A stretch of 64,000 nucleotides of DNA from contig CAYTFZ010000004.1 of assembly GCA_964437215.1 (NCBI GenBank), positions 9,077-73,076 on the forward strand. The letters are read 5' to 3'. Origin of the DNA: an uncultured Melioribacteraceae bacterium. Lineage in GTDB: Bacteria > Bacteroidota > Ignavibacteria > Ignavibacteriales > Melioribacteraceae. Made by a program: the position numbers and the translations under genes. This document shows positions 48,306 through 57,908 of the stretch, in pieces. Below the pieces are notes generated by a model. The model was not told the origin of the DNA, searched no databases, and saw nothing but the letters and a program-made list of their open reading frames with translations. The first letter of the stretch is position 1, and each line of letters opens with the position of its first letter.

Positions 48306-49235
48306 CTAAGTTTTTTTTTTAATAAAACCTGCATTTCTTTTTAATCCTTTAAGCTTTGCTCGCATTATCGGACTTTCAAAAAAAATCTCTTTGAACTCCG
48401 AATTTGTCATTGTCATAATTTGGTTTAAATTTATTTCTTTGTATAGAATTTTCGAAAAATCAGGACTTTTTGTTTCAACAGCAAATTTAATATTCCAAGG
48501 GCAAACATCCTGACAAATATCGCATCCGAAAACCCAATTATTAAATTTTCCTTTAAACTCTTCCGGAATTTCACTTTTATTTTCAATTGTAAGGTAGGAA
48601 ATGCATTTATTTGCATCCAAAACATATTCACTGATAATTGCATTTGTCGGGCAGGCATCAATGCAGGCAGTGCATTTCCCGCAAAAATCTTGCGCCGGAA
48701 TATCATACTCGAATTCCGAATTGCAAATAATGTTTGCAATAAAAAACCAACTTCCAATTTCTTTTGAAATGATATTAGTATTTTTGCCTTGCCAGCCAAG
48801 TCCCGATTTTACTGCCCATACTTTGTCCATCACTGGTCCGGTATCAACATAACTAACAGCTTTAAATTCCGAATCTATATTTTTAAGATTTTGAATCAGT
48901 TTATCAAGTTTTCCCCAGATTATATAATGATAATCTTTGCCCCAGGCATATTGCGAGACCTTCCCTTTATTTTCTAATCCGGAAAATTTATCATCTTTAT
49001 AATAATTAATTCCAAGCGAAATAACACTTTTTACTTCAGGAAGAATAAGCGATATATCAGCCTTCCTATCTAAATTATTCTCCATATATTTCATTCCGGC
49101 ATGATAATTCTTCCGAAGCCATTTTTTCAGATTTTCTATTTCTCCGGTTAAGATGCAGAATTCGGAAAAACCTATTAGATCAAATCCAACTTTTCGGGCA
49201 GCATCAATTACAGTTTGATTATTCAGGATACTCAC
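48306..49235 (-). CDS. queG: tRNA epoxyqueuosine(34) reductase
   Basis: Two ferredoxin-type cluster motifs, CGKCTACIDACPTNAI and CDICQDVCPWN, in the conserved QueG context (GLGWQGKNTN, SWFFI). Confidence 0.9.
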   Translation of the reverse strand: MSILNNQTVIDAARKVGFDLIGFSEFCILTGEIENLKKWLRKNYHAGMKYMENNLDRKADISLILPEVKSVISLGINYYKDDKFSGLENKGKVSQYAWGKDYHYIIWGKLDKLIQNLKNIDSEFKAVSYVDTGPVMDKVWAVKSGLGWQGKNTNIISKEIGSWFFIANIICNSEFEYDIPAQDFCGKCTACIDACPTNAIISEYVLDANKCISYLTIENKSEIPEEFKGKFNNWVFGCDICQDVCPWNIKFAVETKSPDFSKILYKEINLNQIMTMTNSEFKEIFFESPIMRAKLKGLKRNAGFIKKKT

Positions 49236-49238
49236 AAT

Positions 49239-49574
49239 TTACCAGGAATATTTTTTATCAGTAATTTTTACAAACACATTTCCGTTTTCAATTCTAACAT
49301 CATAACTTTCCACACCGTTTTTCCCGCCTTTAATAAAACCACTGGCAAGATTAAACTGCCATCCGTGCAACGGACAAGTGATAAAACCGTTTTCAATAAA
49401 TCCGTTGTAAAGAACCGACGAAAGCTGATGAGGGCAGAAATTATTTAATGCATAAATTTTATTGTTGTATTTAAAAACTGCAATTTCAACGTCGTTAACA
49501 ATAAATCTTTTGCCTTTATTTTCAACTAAATCAGATTCCTTGCAGATGTTAGAATATCCGTCATTTTCAATCAT
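49239..49574 (-). CDS. Small Rieske [2Fe-2S] domain protein (NirD-like)
   Basis: CPHQ-(x19)-CPLHGWQF Rieske ligand motifs; 111 aa. Confidence 0.75.
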   Translation of the reverse strand: MIENDGYSNICKESDLVENKGKRFIVNDVEIAVFKYNNKIYALNNFCPHQLSSVLYNGFIENGFITCPLHGWQFNLASGFIKGGKNGVESYDVRIENGNVFVKITDKKYSW

Positions 49575-50415
49575 CTTCCAAACCCGAAAATCTTTCTTTT
49601 ATTCCGAAACCTTTATCATTTAAATGAAGAGTTGCCACGGCTGTTTTACAATCGTGTTCAAAAATAATTTTCCAATTTTCTTCGGCAGCTTTAGTTAAAA
49701 TTGTTTTTTTTTCGAGTAAAGTAATAAGTGGCTGAAGGTCGTATGCCATAATGTATGGGAGCGGAATATGAGCAGAAGTGGCAAGGAAATCGGCAGCAAA
49801 CAGGACAGTATTTCCGGAGTCGGAAAATTTTAACATCTGCATAGCAAAAGTATGACCATTAACAACTTGAATAGAAATTTCATCATCAAACTGAAATTCG
49901 CTGTCTGTAAGATTTAATAATCCTGAATCGAAAATAGGCATAAATCTATCTGGAAAATAGCTGGCTTTGTCTCTTTCGCAAGGATTCAGCGCCCACTCGA
50001 ACTGTTTTTTCTGAATGTGATATTTTGCATTAGTGAAAGCGGGTTGGAATTTGCCGTTGTCCCAAATTACCGAACCTCCGCAATGGTCGAAATGAAGATG
50101 AGTAAGAAAAACATCTGTAATTTCATCTGCAGTTACACCCAGATTAATAAGAGATTTTTGTAAAATATCATCTCCGGTTTGATAAATTTTGCAGAATTTT
50201 TCATCCCAGCCAGATCCTATTCCGGTGTCCACAAGAATTTTTTTATTATCAGAAGTCGCCAGCAAACATCGGGCAGTTAGTTGTATCCTGTTGTTTTCGT
50301 CAGAATCAAAATCTTTTTCCCAAAGATTTTTCGGAACAACCCCGAATATTGCACCTCCGTCCAGCATCATTGTTCCTGCTTCAACCAACTTTAGTTTATA
50401 TTTGCCTATTTTCAT
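49567..50415 (-). CDS. MBL-fold metallo-hydrolase
   Basis: THLHFDHCGG (HxHxDH) motif plus later His/Asp ligands. 8-nt overlap with the Rieske gene. Confidence 0.75.
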   Translation of the reverse strand: MKIGKYKLKLVEAGTMMLDGGAIFGVVPKNLWEKDFDSDENNRIQLTARCLLATSDNKKILVDTGIGSGWDEKFCKIYQTGDDILQKSLINLGVTADEITDVFLTHLHFDHCGGSVIWDNGKFQPAFTNAKYHIQKKQFEWALNPCERDKASYFPDRFMPIFDSGLLNLTDSEFQFDDEISIQVVNGHTFAMQMLKFSDSGNTVLFAADFLATSAHIPLPYIMAYDLQPLITLLEKKTILTKAAEENWKIIFEHDCKTAVATLHLNDKGFGIKERFSGLEDD

Positions 50416-50487
50416 TTGTTCTCATTAAAAAAAAGGCTTTTCAAAAGAGATAATCTTCCAAAAAGCCCAAATAAAATAAATTATAAT

Positions 50488-50820
50488 TTATCTTCCAAGA
50501 GAATCGAGATGTGCTTTACGGGCAAGTAAAGTGGTTTCGTCTTCAACATGGTTCGGATCAGGCACACAGCAATCAACAGGGCAAACTGCAGCACATTGAG
50601 GTTCATCGTGAAATCCTTTGCATTCAGTACATTTATCAGGAACAATATAAAAATGATCATTAGAAAAAAAACCGTTTGTACCCGAAGGAGCAGCATCTCC
50701 GTCGCCATATGATTTACCGCCAAGCTCCCAATTAGCGCCTCCTTCATAAATTGCTGTGTTTGGACATTCGGGCTCGCAAGCTCCGCAGTTTATGCATTCG
50801 TCGGTTATCATTATTGCCAT
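50488..50820 (-). CDS. 2[4Fe-4S] dicluster ferredoxin
   Basis: [12 protein letters not shown] and [18 protein letters not shown] cluster motifs. Confidence 0.85.
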   Translation of the reverse strand: MAIMITDECINCGACEPECPNTAIYEGGANWELGGKSYGDGDAAPSGTNGFFSNDHFYIVPDKCTECKGFHDEPQCAAVCPVDCCVPDPNHVEDETTLLARKAHLDSLGR

Positions 50821-50956
50821 ATTTACTCCGTTTTTAAGTGTTCAAAAAAATAAAACGTTTATAATAGATTATTAAATAATAAAAGATACCTTTCGTATAT
50901 TATCGAAAATATTGGATTTATGCAATTCAATAATAATATTTCAAGCAAATGAGGGC

Positions 50957-50995
50957 AAAAAAAACCCCGGTAAACCGGGGCATGCAAAAAAAAAG
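50957..50995 (-). terminator. Intrinsic terminator of glnA (symmetric, potentially bidirectional)
   Basis: CCCCGG-taaa-CCGGGG hairpin flanked by A8 on one side and A9 on the other. On the minus strand it is followed by TTTTTTTT, about 14-30 nt after the glnA stop. Confidence 0.7.
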
Positions 50996-51008
50996 TCACT
51001 TCAAATTA

Positions 51009-52436
51009 TTATATATCGTAATATAATTGGAATTCAAATGGATGAGGTCTTAAAGCCATAGCCTTAACTTCATTTGTCATTTTATAATTAATCCAGGCAT
51101 TTATAACGTCTTCTGTAAATACATTTCCTTTAAGCAGATATTCGTGATCATCTTTAAGGGCTTGTAATGCTTCTTCGAGACTTCCAGGAGTATTAGGTAC
51201 ATTAGCTAATTCTTCAGGTTCCATATCGTAAATATCTTTATCTAATGGTTCACCGGGATCAATTCGGTTTTGGATTCCGTCGAGACCAGCCATCATTATT
51301 GCTGTGAAAGCAAGATAAGGATTTGAAGAAGCATCCGGGCAACGGAATTCAACACGTTTAGCTTTAGGATTATTGCTGTACATCGGTATTCTCACAGATG
51401 CACTTCTGTTTCTTTGAGAATATGCAAGGTTTACAGGAGCTTCAAAACCTGGAACAAGTCTTTTATAAGAATTTGTTGTAGGGTTTGTAAAAGCACAGAG
51501 AGAAGCAGCGTGTTTAAGAATTCCTCCGATATAGTGTAAAGCAGTTTCGCTGAGACCGGCATAACCGTCACCGTAAAATAAAGGCTTGCTCTCTTTCCAT
51601 AAACTTAAATGGATATGCATTCCGCTTCCATTGTCGCCGAAAATCGGTTTTGGCATATAAGTTACGGTTTTTCCATTTTGGAAAGCTGTATTTTTAACAA
51701 CATATTTAAAAAGTAATAAAGTATCCGCCATTTTTAACATAGGTTGAAATCTCAAACCGATTTCACACTGTCCGCCGCTTGCAACTTCGTGGTGAGCTAC
51801 TTCAACAGGAATTCCCATATTAATAAGATTTGTACACATTTCATTTCTTAAATCAACAAGCGAATCTGTTGGAGGAACAGGGAAATAGCCACCTTTATAT
51901 CTTGGTTTGTAACCTAAATTCGGACTTTCTTCACGACCGGTATTCCAAGAACCTTCAGAAGAATCAACTTGATAGAATGTACCGTTCTGATAATTATCAT
52001 ATCTAACATCGTCGAAAATAAAAAACTCAGCTTCAGGACCATAATAAGCTGTATCAGCAATTCCTGTAGATTTCAAATAAGCTTCAGCTTTTTGAACGAT
52101 ATTTCTTGGGCATCTTTCATATCTTTCTTTAGTTACAGGATCAATTACATCGCAAACAAGTGAAATTGTTGGCGCTTTGATAAAAGGATCAAGAAACATA
52201 GTGGTTGGATCGGGTACAATTATCATATCGCTTTCATTTATTGCCTTCCATCCTCTTATTGAAGAAGCATCGAAACCTACACCGTTCACAAAAGTATCTT
52301 CATCAAATTCACCAATAGGTTTAGTGGTATGCTGCCACTGTCCAGGAAAATCCATAAATTTAAAATCAACAAATTTAATGTTATTGTCTTTTACAAACTT
52401 CATAACATCTTTTGGGGTTTTAATAGAGCCATCCAT
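51009..52436 (-). CDS. glnA: Glutamine synthetase, type I
   Basis: [42 protein letters not shown] and KRVEFRCPD motifs. A Tyr is present in the [11 protein letters not shown] adenylylation-site context. Confidence 0.95.
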   Translation of the reverse strand: MDGSIKTPKDVMKFVKDNNIKFVDFKFMDFPGQWQHTTKPIGEFDEDTFVNGVGFDASSIRGWKAINESDMIIVPDPTTMFLDPFIKAPTISLVCDVIDPVTKERYERCPRNIVQKAEAYLKSTGIADTAYYGPEAEFFIFDDVRYDNYQNGTFYQVDSSEGSWNTGREESPNLGYKPRYKGGYFPVPPTDSLVDLRNEMCTNLINMGIPVEVAHHEVASGGQCEIGLRFQPMLKMADTLLLFKYVVKNTAFQNGKTVTYMPKPIFGDNGSGMHIHLSLWKESKPLFYGDGYAGLSETALHYIGGILKHAASLCAFTNPTTNSYKRLVPGFEAPVNLAYSQRNRSASVRIPMYSNNPKAKRVEFRCPDASSNPYLAFTAIMMAGLDGIQNRIDPGEPLDKDIYDMEPEELANVPNTPGSLEEALQALKDDHEYLLKGNVFTEDVINAWINYKMTNEVKAMALRPHPFEFQLYYDI

Positions 52437-52460
52437 AAATACTCCGTTTAATTATAATTA

Positions 52461-52913
52461 TTAAATATTTAACTTAGTTGTTTCTTTTAGTGTCGATAGT
52501 ACAAAACTGGTTAATGTTCTGTTAACTCCGGGCCAGGATTGTATTTTGCGTAAAAGGGCTTCCAAAGACGAAGTATCTTTTACAATTGTTTTAAGAATAT
52601 GAGAGCCGTCGCCTAAAATTGCATGACACTCAAGTATTTCTGGAGTTTCTGCCACACGGTTTGCCAGCTCTTCATAGTTTTGAGAAGTGCCCATAACAAG
52701 CGTTATGAAAGCCATAATATCATAACCGAACATTTTTCTGTCCAGTTTGGCATAATAGCCGTCAATGATATTTTTTTTCTCTAATTTCCGCAACCTCTCG
52801 CTCAATGAGGGTAATGATAATCCAACGGCATCAGCCAATTCATTTCGTTTGGTTCTGCCTTTTTCCTGAAGGATATTCAGGATTTTAACGTCTACTGTGT
52901 CCAACATAATCAC
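52461..52913 (-). CDS. Lrp/AsnC-family transcriptional regulator
   Basis: LDTVDVKILNILQEKGRTKRNELADAVGLSLPSLSERLRKLEKKNII HTH region plus a C-terminal RAM/AsnC_trans_reg domain. Confidence 0.85.
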   Translation of the reverse strand: MIMLDTVDVKILNILQEKGRTKRNELADAVGLSLPSLSERLRKLEKKNIIDGYYAKLDRKMFGYDIMAFITLVMGTSQNYEELANRVAETPEILECHAILGDGSHILKTIVKDTSSLEALLRKIQSWPGVNRTLTSFVLSTLKETTKLNI

Positions 52914-53087
52914 CTTAATAAATTAGGATAAACATTTATTATGGCTCAAAATATAAGGCAAAGTATTTTAATATGCAACAAAAAATTTACACAAAAAGAA
53001 GAATTTAATTATAAATTAACCTGACGCCCGTAAAAATAAATTTTAATTTATTAACAGGATAGCTGATTCAGCATTTACATAAAGTAA

Positions 53088-54254
53088 TTATTTAGCAGAA
53101 ATAATTGAAGTTACTTTATCGGCGGCATCGTGAAGAGTTGAGGCTACCGAAAAATTAAGTCCGGAATTTTTAAGTAAAATTTTAGCTTCGTTGGCATTTG
53201 TGCCTTCAAGACGTATAACAACGGGAACATTAACATGCACTTCATTTATAGCATCAATAATGCCTTGAGCAACGCGGTCGCATCTTACAATTCCGCCGAA
53301 AATGTTAATCAGCATTGCTTTAACATTCGGATCCGATAAAATAATTTTAAAACCGTTTGCAACTGTTGTTTTATTTGCACCGCCGCCTACATCTAAAAAA
53401 TTTGCCGGTTCTCCGCCCGAAAGTTTTATTATATCCATGCTTGCCATTGCCAAACCGGCTCCGTTTACCATACATCCAACATTACCGTCAAGTTTAATAT
53501 AATTTAGTTTATTTTTGGAAGCTTCAATTTCAAGAGGTTCCTCTTCGTTAAAATCCCGTAATTTGTAAATTTCAGGATGTCGGTAAATTGCATTGTCGTC
53601 AAAATTCATCTTTGCATCTAAAGCAAGTATTTCACCTTCTTTTGTTAAAACAAGGGGATTTATCTCGGCAATGGAAGAATCAGTTTTTATATAAGCTTCG
53701 TAAAGCCGCATTAGGAAATCAGAAGCATTTTTAACTTGATTTCCGGTCAGTCCCATTGCAAAAGCAACTTTGCGCGATTGAAACTCACGAAGTCCCAAGG
53801 AAGGTTCAATAATCTCTTTAATTATCAATTCTGGTGTTTCGGATGCAACCTTTTCTATTTCAACGCCGCCCTCAGTTGAAGCCATCAATACATTTTTGGA
53901 AATTGATCTGTCAAGTGTTATTCCAACATAAAATTCTTTTTTAATATTTAACCCTTGTTCAATTAGTATAGTTTTTACTTTTCTTCCTTCGGCTCCTGTT
54001 TGGTGTGTAACAAGAGTTGAGCCAAGCATTAAAGATGCAAACTTTTCAACTTCCGATAAAGATTGTGCTATTTTTACACCGCCAGCTTTACCGCGTCCTC
54101 CGGCGTGGATTTGAGCTTTAACCACCCAAACATTCCCGCCTATTTTTTCGGCAGCTTTTACAGCGCCTTTAACAGATTTAGCGTAGTATCCTTTAGGAGA
54201 AGCGACTTTAAATTCTTTTAATATTCTTTTTGCCTGATATTCGTGAATTTTCAT
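53088..54254 (-). CDS. sucC: Succinate--CoA ligase (ADP-forming) beta subunit
   Basis: MKIHEYQAKRILKEF, VVKAQIHAGGRGKAGGVK and GNVGCMVNGAGLAMASMD motifs. Confidence 0.95.
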   Translation of the reverse strand: MKIHEYQAKRILKEFKVASPKGYYAKSVKGAVKAAEKIGGNVWVVKAQIHAGGRGKAGGVKIAQSLSEVEKFASLMLGSTLVTHQTGAEGRKVKTILIEQGLNIKKEFYVGITLDRSISKNVLMASTEGGVEIEKVASETPELIIKEIIEPSLGLREFQSRKVAFAMGLTGNQVKNASDFLMRLYEAYIKTDSSIAEINPLVLTKEGEILALDAKMNFDDNAIYRHPEIYKLRDFNEEEPLEIEASKNKLNYIKLDGNVGCMVNGAGLAMASMDIIKLSGGEPANFLDVGGGANKTTVANGFKIILSDPNVKAMLINIFGGIVRCDRVAQGIIDAINEVHVNVPVVIRLEGTNANEAKILLKNSGLNFSVASTLHDAADKVTSIISAK

Positions 54255-54326
54255 AATATCTTCATCCTTTAGATTTTAATATATTTAATATAAATAAAAC
54301 ACACTTACTGAAAATGAAGTTCAGAT

Positions 54327-55643
54327 TTATCTGTTATTTTCGACTGTTTTTTTACCGAATTGAGCATCAATATTGATGAATTTAGCTAAGATAAAAGACG
54401 GAACAGTAGCAATTACTACCCAAATAAAGAATAATTTATATCCAATCATTTCCTGAATCCATCCGCTGATGCTGCCGGGCAGCATCATACCTAAAGCCAT
54501 AAATCCTGTTGTAATGGCATAATTTGCAGTTTTATGTTCCCCTTCGGATAAAAGCATCATATACATCATAATGGCGGTAAACCCGAACCCATACCCGAAT
54601 TGTTCAATTGCTACGCAGGAGCTGATAATATAAAACGAGGAATTCAATGATATTGAAAGATATACATAAACCAAATTCGGCAGGTTAATTGCAGCAAGCA
54701 TCCACCACAGCCAATATTTTAATCCTTTATTTGCAACAGCAATTCCTCCGAGTATGCCGCCGGCTGAAAGAGCGATCATACCTATTGTTCCGTATATCAA
54801 TCCTACATCACCGGTTTCAAGCGCCAAACCGCCTTTACTTTTTTCATCAAGTAGAAAAGGCGCTGCAAGTTTTACAAGCTGCGATTCTCCAAGACGGTAA
54901 ATTAAAACAAACGCTATTCCCAGCCATATTTTTTCTTTTTCAAAAAAAAGCTGGAAGGTTTTGAAAAAATCGGATATAATTTCAGCAAAATTCTTTTTTG
55001 TAGAAGATTTATCTGATGGATTTACAGGAATTAAAAAATAATGATAAAGCGCAAGCGATAGGAGAAAAAAGCTTAAAATTAGGAAGGTAACCAGCCAGGC
55101 AAATTTTATCTGAGGAATTTCAACATTTAGTTTTTCCAGCAGATAAGAATGCTGTTCAAGATATCCTGCAAAAATGACCAGAACTCCCTGGCAAAATATC
55201 ATACCTAGTCGATAAAATGTACTTCTTATTCCTACAAAATAAGCCTGGTCTCCCGATGATAATTCAATCAAATAAAATCCATCAGCTGCAATATCGTGTG
55301 TTGCCGAATTGAATGCAACAAGCCACATTAACGCAAGCGAATATCTGAAAAAATCATCAGAAACGAGCGAAAAACCAATCCCTGCAAAGGCTGCTCCCAT
55401 TATAAGCTGAGTTATAAGAATCCAATGCCGTTTTGTTCTGAAAATATCTATAAAAGGACTCCATAAAGGTTTTATTACCCATGGAAGATAAAGCAAGGCA
55501 GTGTATAAAGCTATTTCGGTATTCGAAACATTCAGCCGTTTGTACATAATTGTTGAAATAACAATTACAACAGTATAGGGTACGCTTTCGGCAATATAAA
55601 GCGACGGTATCCAAGTCCAGGCAGAGCGTTTTTCTGATTTCAT
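54327..55643 (-). CDS. ampG: MFS transporter, AmpG (muropeptide permease) family
   Basis: 12-14 TM helices, with the N-terminal pattern SLYIAESVPYTVV...LLYLPWVIKPLWSPFID typical of AmpG. Confidence 0.7.
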   Translation of the reverse strand: MKSEKRSAWTWIPSLYIAESVPYTVVIVISTIMYKRLNVSNTEIALYTALLYLPWVIKPLWSPFIDIFRTKRHWILITQLIMGAAFAGIGFSLVSDDFFRYSLALMWLVAFNSATHDIAADGFYLIELSSGDQAYFVGIRSTFYRLGMIFCQGVLVIFAGYLEQHSYLLEKLNVEIPQIKFAWLVTFLILSFFLLSLALYHYFLIPVNPSDKSSTKKNFAEIISDFFKTFQLFFEKEKIWLGIAFVLIYRLGESQLVKLAAPFLLDEKSKGGLALETGDVGLIYGTIGMIALSAGGILGGIAVANKGLKYWLWWMLAAINLPNLVYVYLSISLNSSFYIISSCVAIEQFGYGFGFTAIMMYMMLLSEGEHKTANYAITTGFMALGMMLPGSISGWIQEMIGYKLFFIWVVIATVPSFILAKFINIDAQFGKKTVENNR

Positions 55644-56563
55644 AAAGGTTTTTGCTTTAATCCGTGAATTACTGCTCCCAATTCAGGAGGGTATGCGGGT
55701 TCTGTAATTATAATATCAGGATGCAGAATTTTAATTTTCTGCCGGAAAATTTTTGAAAAATGATTATTCGTATTAAGAATACTCCCCAAAAGACATAATT
55801 TCATTAATGGAGCTGCAATTCTGCTTTTAACTGTACGGATATGTGAAAACAGTTCATCAACTTCATCGCTTAAAATTTGCTGACAGATACGGTCTTTTTT
55901 TTCGGCAGCCTCAATTACAAGGGGAGCTGCAGAAGCTAAATCGAAATTATTCGAATAAACAAGATTTATCAAATCTTCGGAAGCTGATACTTTTAATTTC
56001 AGCGAAAAGATTTCAAAAAGAAATGTTTTCGGATTTCTGCCGTCTATTTGTTTCGAAAACTCATTAATCCCTTTACTGCCGATACTGAAACCGCTTCCTT
56101 CGTCGCCTATGTTTCTGCCGAAACCGCCTACGCGGAAAATAATTCCATTTGGATCTTTTCCATAAGCAATGGATCCGGTTCCGGAAATTAAAATGCAGCC
56201 GGGACCTCCGTTGAATGCTCCTTCAAGAGCTGCCTCAGCATCGCTTATTATAAAAATGTTACTGAAATTTATATTTTTCTGGTTCAATTTTTCGTTTAAA
56301 ATATCCCGGAATTCGTTAGCATCCGACTTTCGACCTGCACCGGCTGCCCCCACAGTTATGCATTCAATTTTAGGATTGGTAAGCTTTGCCGCTTTCAAGG
56401 ATTTACAAATCAAACTGGATATGGTTTCAGCAGATTCAGGTTTACCTTGCCTAAGAATATTTGCTGCTCCGCCTTTAGTTTCAATTATTTTTTTAAGAGA
56501 ATCATTTGTCATCACAAGTTTCGATTTGCTTGCACCTGCATCAATTCCTATGTGATATTTCAT
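55640..56563 (-). CDS. N-acetylglucosamine kinase-like ATPase (BadF/BadG/BcrA/BcrD family)
   Basis: IGIDAGASKSKLV (phosphate-1), ISGTGSIAYG (phosphate-2), GGFGRNIGDEGSG. 4-nt overlap with ampG. Confidence 0.7.
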   Translation of the reverse strand: MKYHIGIDAGASKSKLVMTNDSLKKIIETKGGAANILRQGKPESAETISSLICKSLKAAKLTNPKIECITVGAAGAGRKSDANEFRDILNEKLNQKNINFSNIFIISDAEAALEGAFNGGPGCILISGTGSIAYGKDPNGIIFRVGGFGRNIGDEGSGFSIGSKGINEFSKQIDGRNPKTFLFEIFSLKLKVSASEDLINLVYSNNFDLASAAPLVIEAAEKKDRICQQILSDEVDELFSHIRTVKSRIAAPLMKLCLLGSILNTNNHFSKIFRQKIKILHPDIIITEPAYPPELGAVIHGLKQKPL

Positions 56564-56786
56564 TTCTATCCTGTTAAAATATTAATGCAAAAGTATAAAA
56601 ACTTTTTTAAATATTGCTGTAAAATGGCATTAAAATAGATTCTATGGTAAATTTTAATAACACGAGCACACATTATTGGAGAATATTTTTTACACTTATA
56701 ATTAATGATTTTTGATGAACCAGAAAAATATATCTGCGTCCTAATCAGCGAACAAAATAATTCATCAGTAAAAAAGGGGTGTTACA

Positions 56787-57221
56787 ATGAAAGCCACAAT
56801 AATTATTTCTTTATTTGCAGTTGTATTTAACATATCTGTTTTTGCCGGTTTTAACCCTGTTGAAGCAGGTGAAATAGAAACTGTAATTAAAGAATACGTT
56901 AGCAGCACAGATGCAAAAAACGTAAGGGAACTTGATGAAATTATATACGCTGATGCATCTTTTTTGTGTATCAATAAAATTCTTAACAAAGTGAGTTCAG
57001 GGGATAAGGAGGAGTTCCTTGAACAAGTTAAATCCGGTAAAATTGGCGGATGGAAAAGAGATTGCAAAATTGAGAGCATCGATATGAATGACAATACGGC
57101 TGTTGCAAAAGTAATAATAACAGATTCAAAACTTAAACAGGTTGAATATCTTTTATTTGCCAAAGTTGAAGGTGAATGGAAAATTGTTTCGAGAACATAT
57201 ACAATTGAACTCAACAAATAA
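56787..57221 (+). CDS. Secreted NTF2-fold (SnoaL/lumazine-binding-like) protein
   Basis: Signal peptide MKATIIISLFAVVFNISVFA and AAGGGG Shine-Dalgarno-like motif upstream. The C-terminal EGEWKIVS strand pattern resembles the NTF2 fold. Preferred over the fully overlapping antisense ORF 56765..57217. Confidence 0.45.
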   Translation: MKATIIISLFAVVFNISVFAGFNPVEAGEIETVIKEYVSSTDAKNVRELDEIIYADASFLCINKILNKVSSGDKEEFLEQVKSGKIGGWKRDCKIESIDMNDNTAVAKVIITDSKLKQVEYLLFAKVEGEWKIVSRTYTIELNK

Positions 57222-57245
57222 ACATTAAACTAAAAAATACTTTAC

Positions 57246-57278
57246 AGCCGGTGAATAAATCATCGGCTTTTTTGTTTT
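57246..57278 (+). terminator. Intrinsic terminator
   Basis: AGCCGGTGA-ataaa-TCATCGGCT hairpin (one G-U pair) followed by TTTTTTGTTTT. Confidence 0.6.
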
Positions 57279-57359
57279 AAAAAATAGATTGACCGGTTTA
57301 TGTTTTTGAACTAAATTACACAATCTAAATGTAAAATATTAATAAAACAGAGAAGCGTT

Positions 57360-57665
57360 ATGCCTGTAAAACCAAGTGAAAAAGAAGAAGAATATTTTGC
57401 GCGTGAAGAATATGAGCGGAAGAAAAAGATAGAGGAAGAAAAGCAGCAGAAATTGCTGGAAGAAGAAAGAGAAAAATTAAAAGCGCTTCATTATATGAGT
57501 TGTCCTAAATGCGGGATGAAGTTAGTTGAAATTGACTATAAAGGTATTTCGGTTGACAAGTGTTCATCTTGTGATGGTATTTGGCTTGATGCCGGAGAAT
57601 TTGAAGAACTTTCCAAATTAGAAAAAACCAGTTTTGATAAATGGTTCAAAGTATTTAAAAAATGA
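57360..57665 (+). CDS. TFIIB-type zinc-ribbon protein (zf-TFIIB/DUF-like)
   Basis: Lys/Glu-rich N-terminus, then CPKCGMKL...DKCSSCDGIWLDAGEFEEL, the characteristic CxxC...CxxC-GxWLD motif. Confidence 0.6.
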   Translation: MPVKPSEKEEEYFAREEYERKKKIEEEKQQKLLEEEREKLKALHYMSCPKCGMKLVEIDYKGISVDKCSSCDGIWLDAGEFEELSKLEKTSFDKWFKVFKK

Positions 57666-57908
57666 TGAAAGATTAATTAACCAATATGCCGGTTTATATC
57701 AGATTTATCTGCAGAAAGAAGGCATTATATTGATGTAATCAAAAACATATTAAAGTAACAAACAAATAAAGTTATTATTTATTTCTTCAAAATAGACATC
57801 TGTAATGGCCGTATTTTTTCCAAGTTATTTTTTTTAAGTAATTTCCTTAGCATTGCATTATTTAGCTGTTTTTGGTTACATTTACATTTCTGAAATAATG
57901 GAGAAATA

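Noticed and set aside
50821-51008. 188-bp gap between glnA and the ferredoxin gene, considered as a glutamine riboswitch or other nitrogen-responsive RNA.
   Set aside because: It lies downstream, not upstream, of glnA. Its only structured element is the CCCCGG/CCGGGG terminator hairpin, and the rest is AT-rich promoter-like sequence for the ferredoxin gene.
53088-54254. sucC without an adjacent sucD.
   Set aside because: Separation of sucC and sucD is, to my knowledge, common in the Bacteroidota/Chlorobiota/Ignavibacteriota group, so it is not evidence of anything unusual. sucD is presumably elsewhere in the genome.
56765-57217. 150-aa minus-strand ORF almost exactly coextensive with the plus-strand 56787..57221 ORF.
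   Set aside because: The plus-strand product has a canonical signal peptide, a Shine-Dalgarno-like motif and a downstream terminator. The minus-strand translation is Ser/Leu/Ile-rich with no start context, so I kept the plus-strand gene only.
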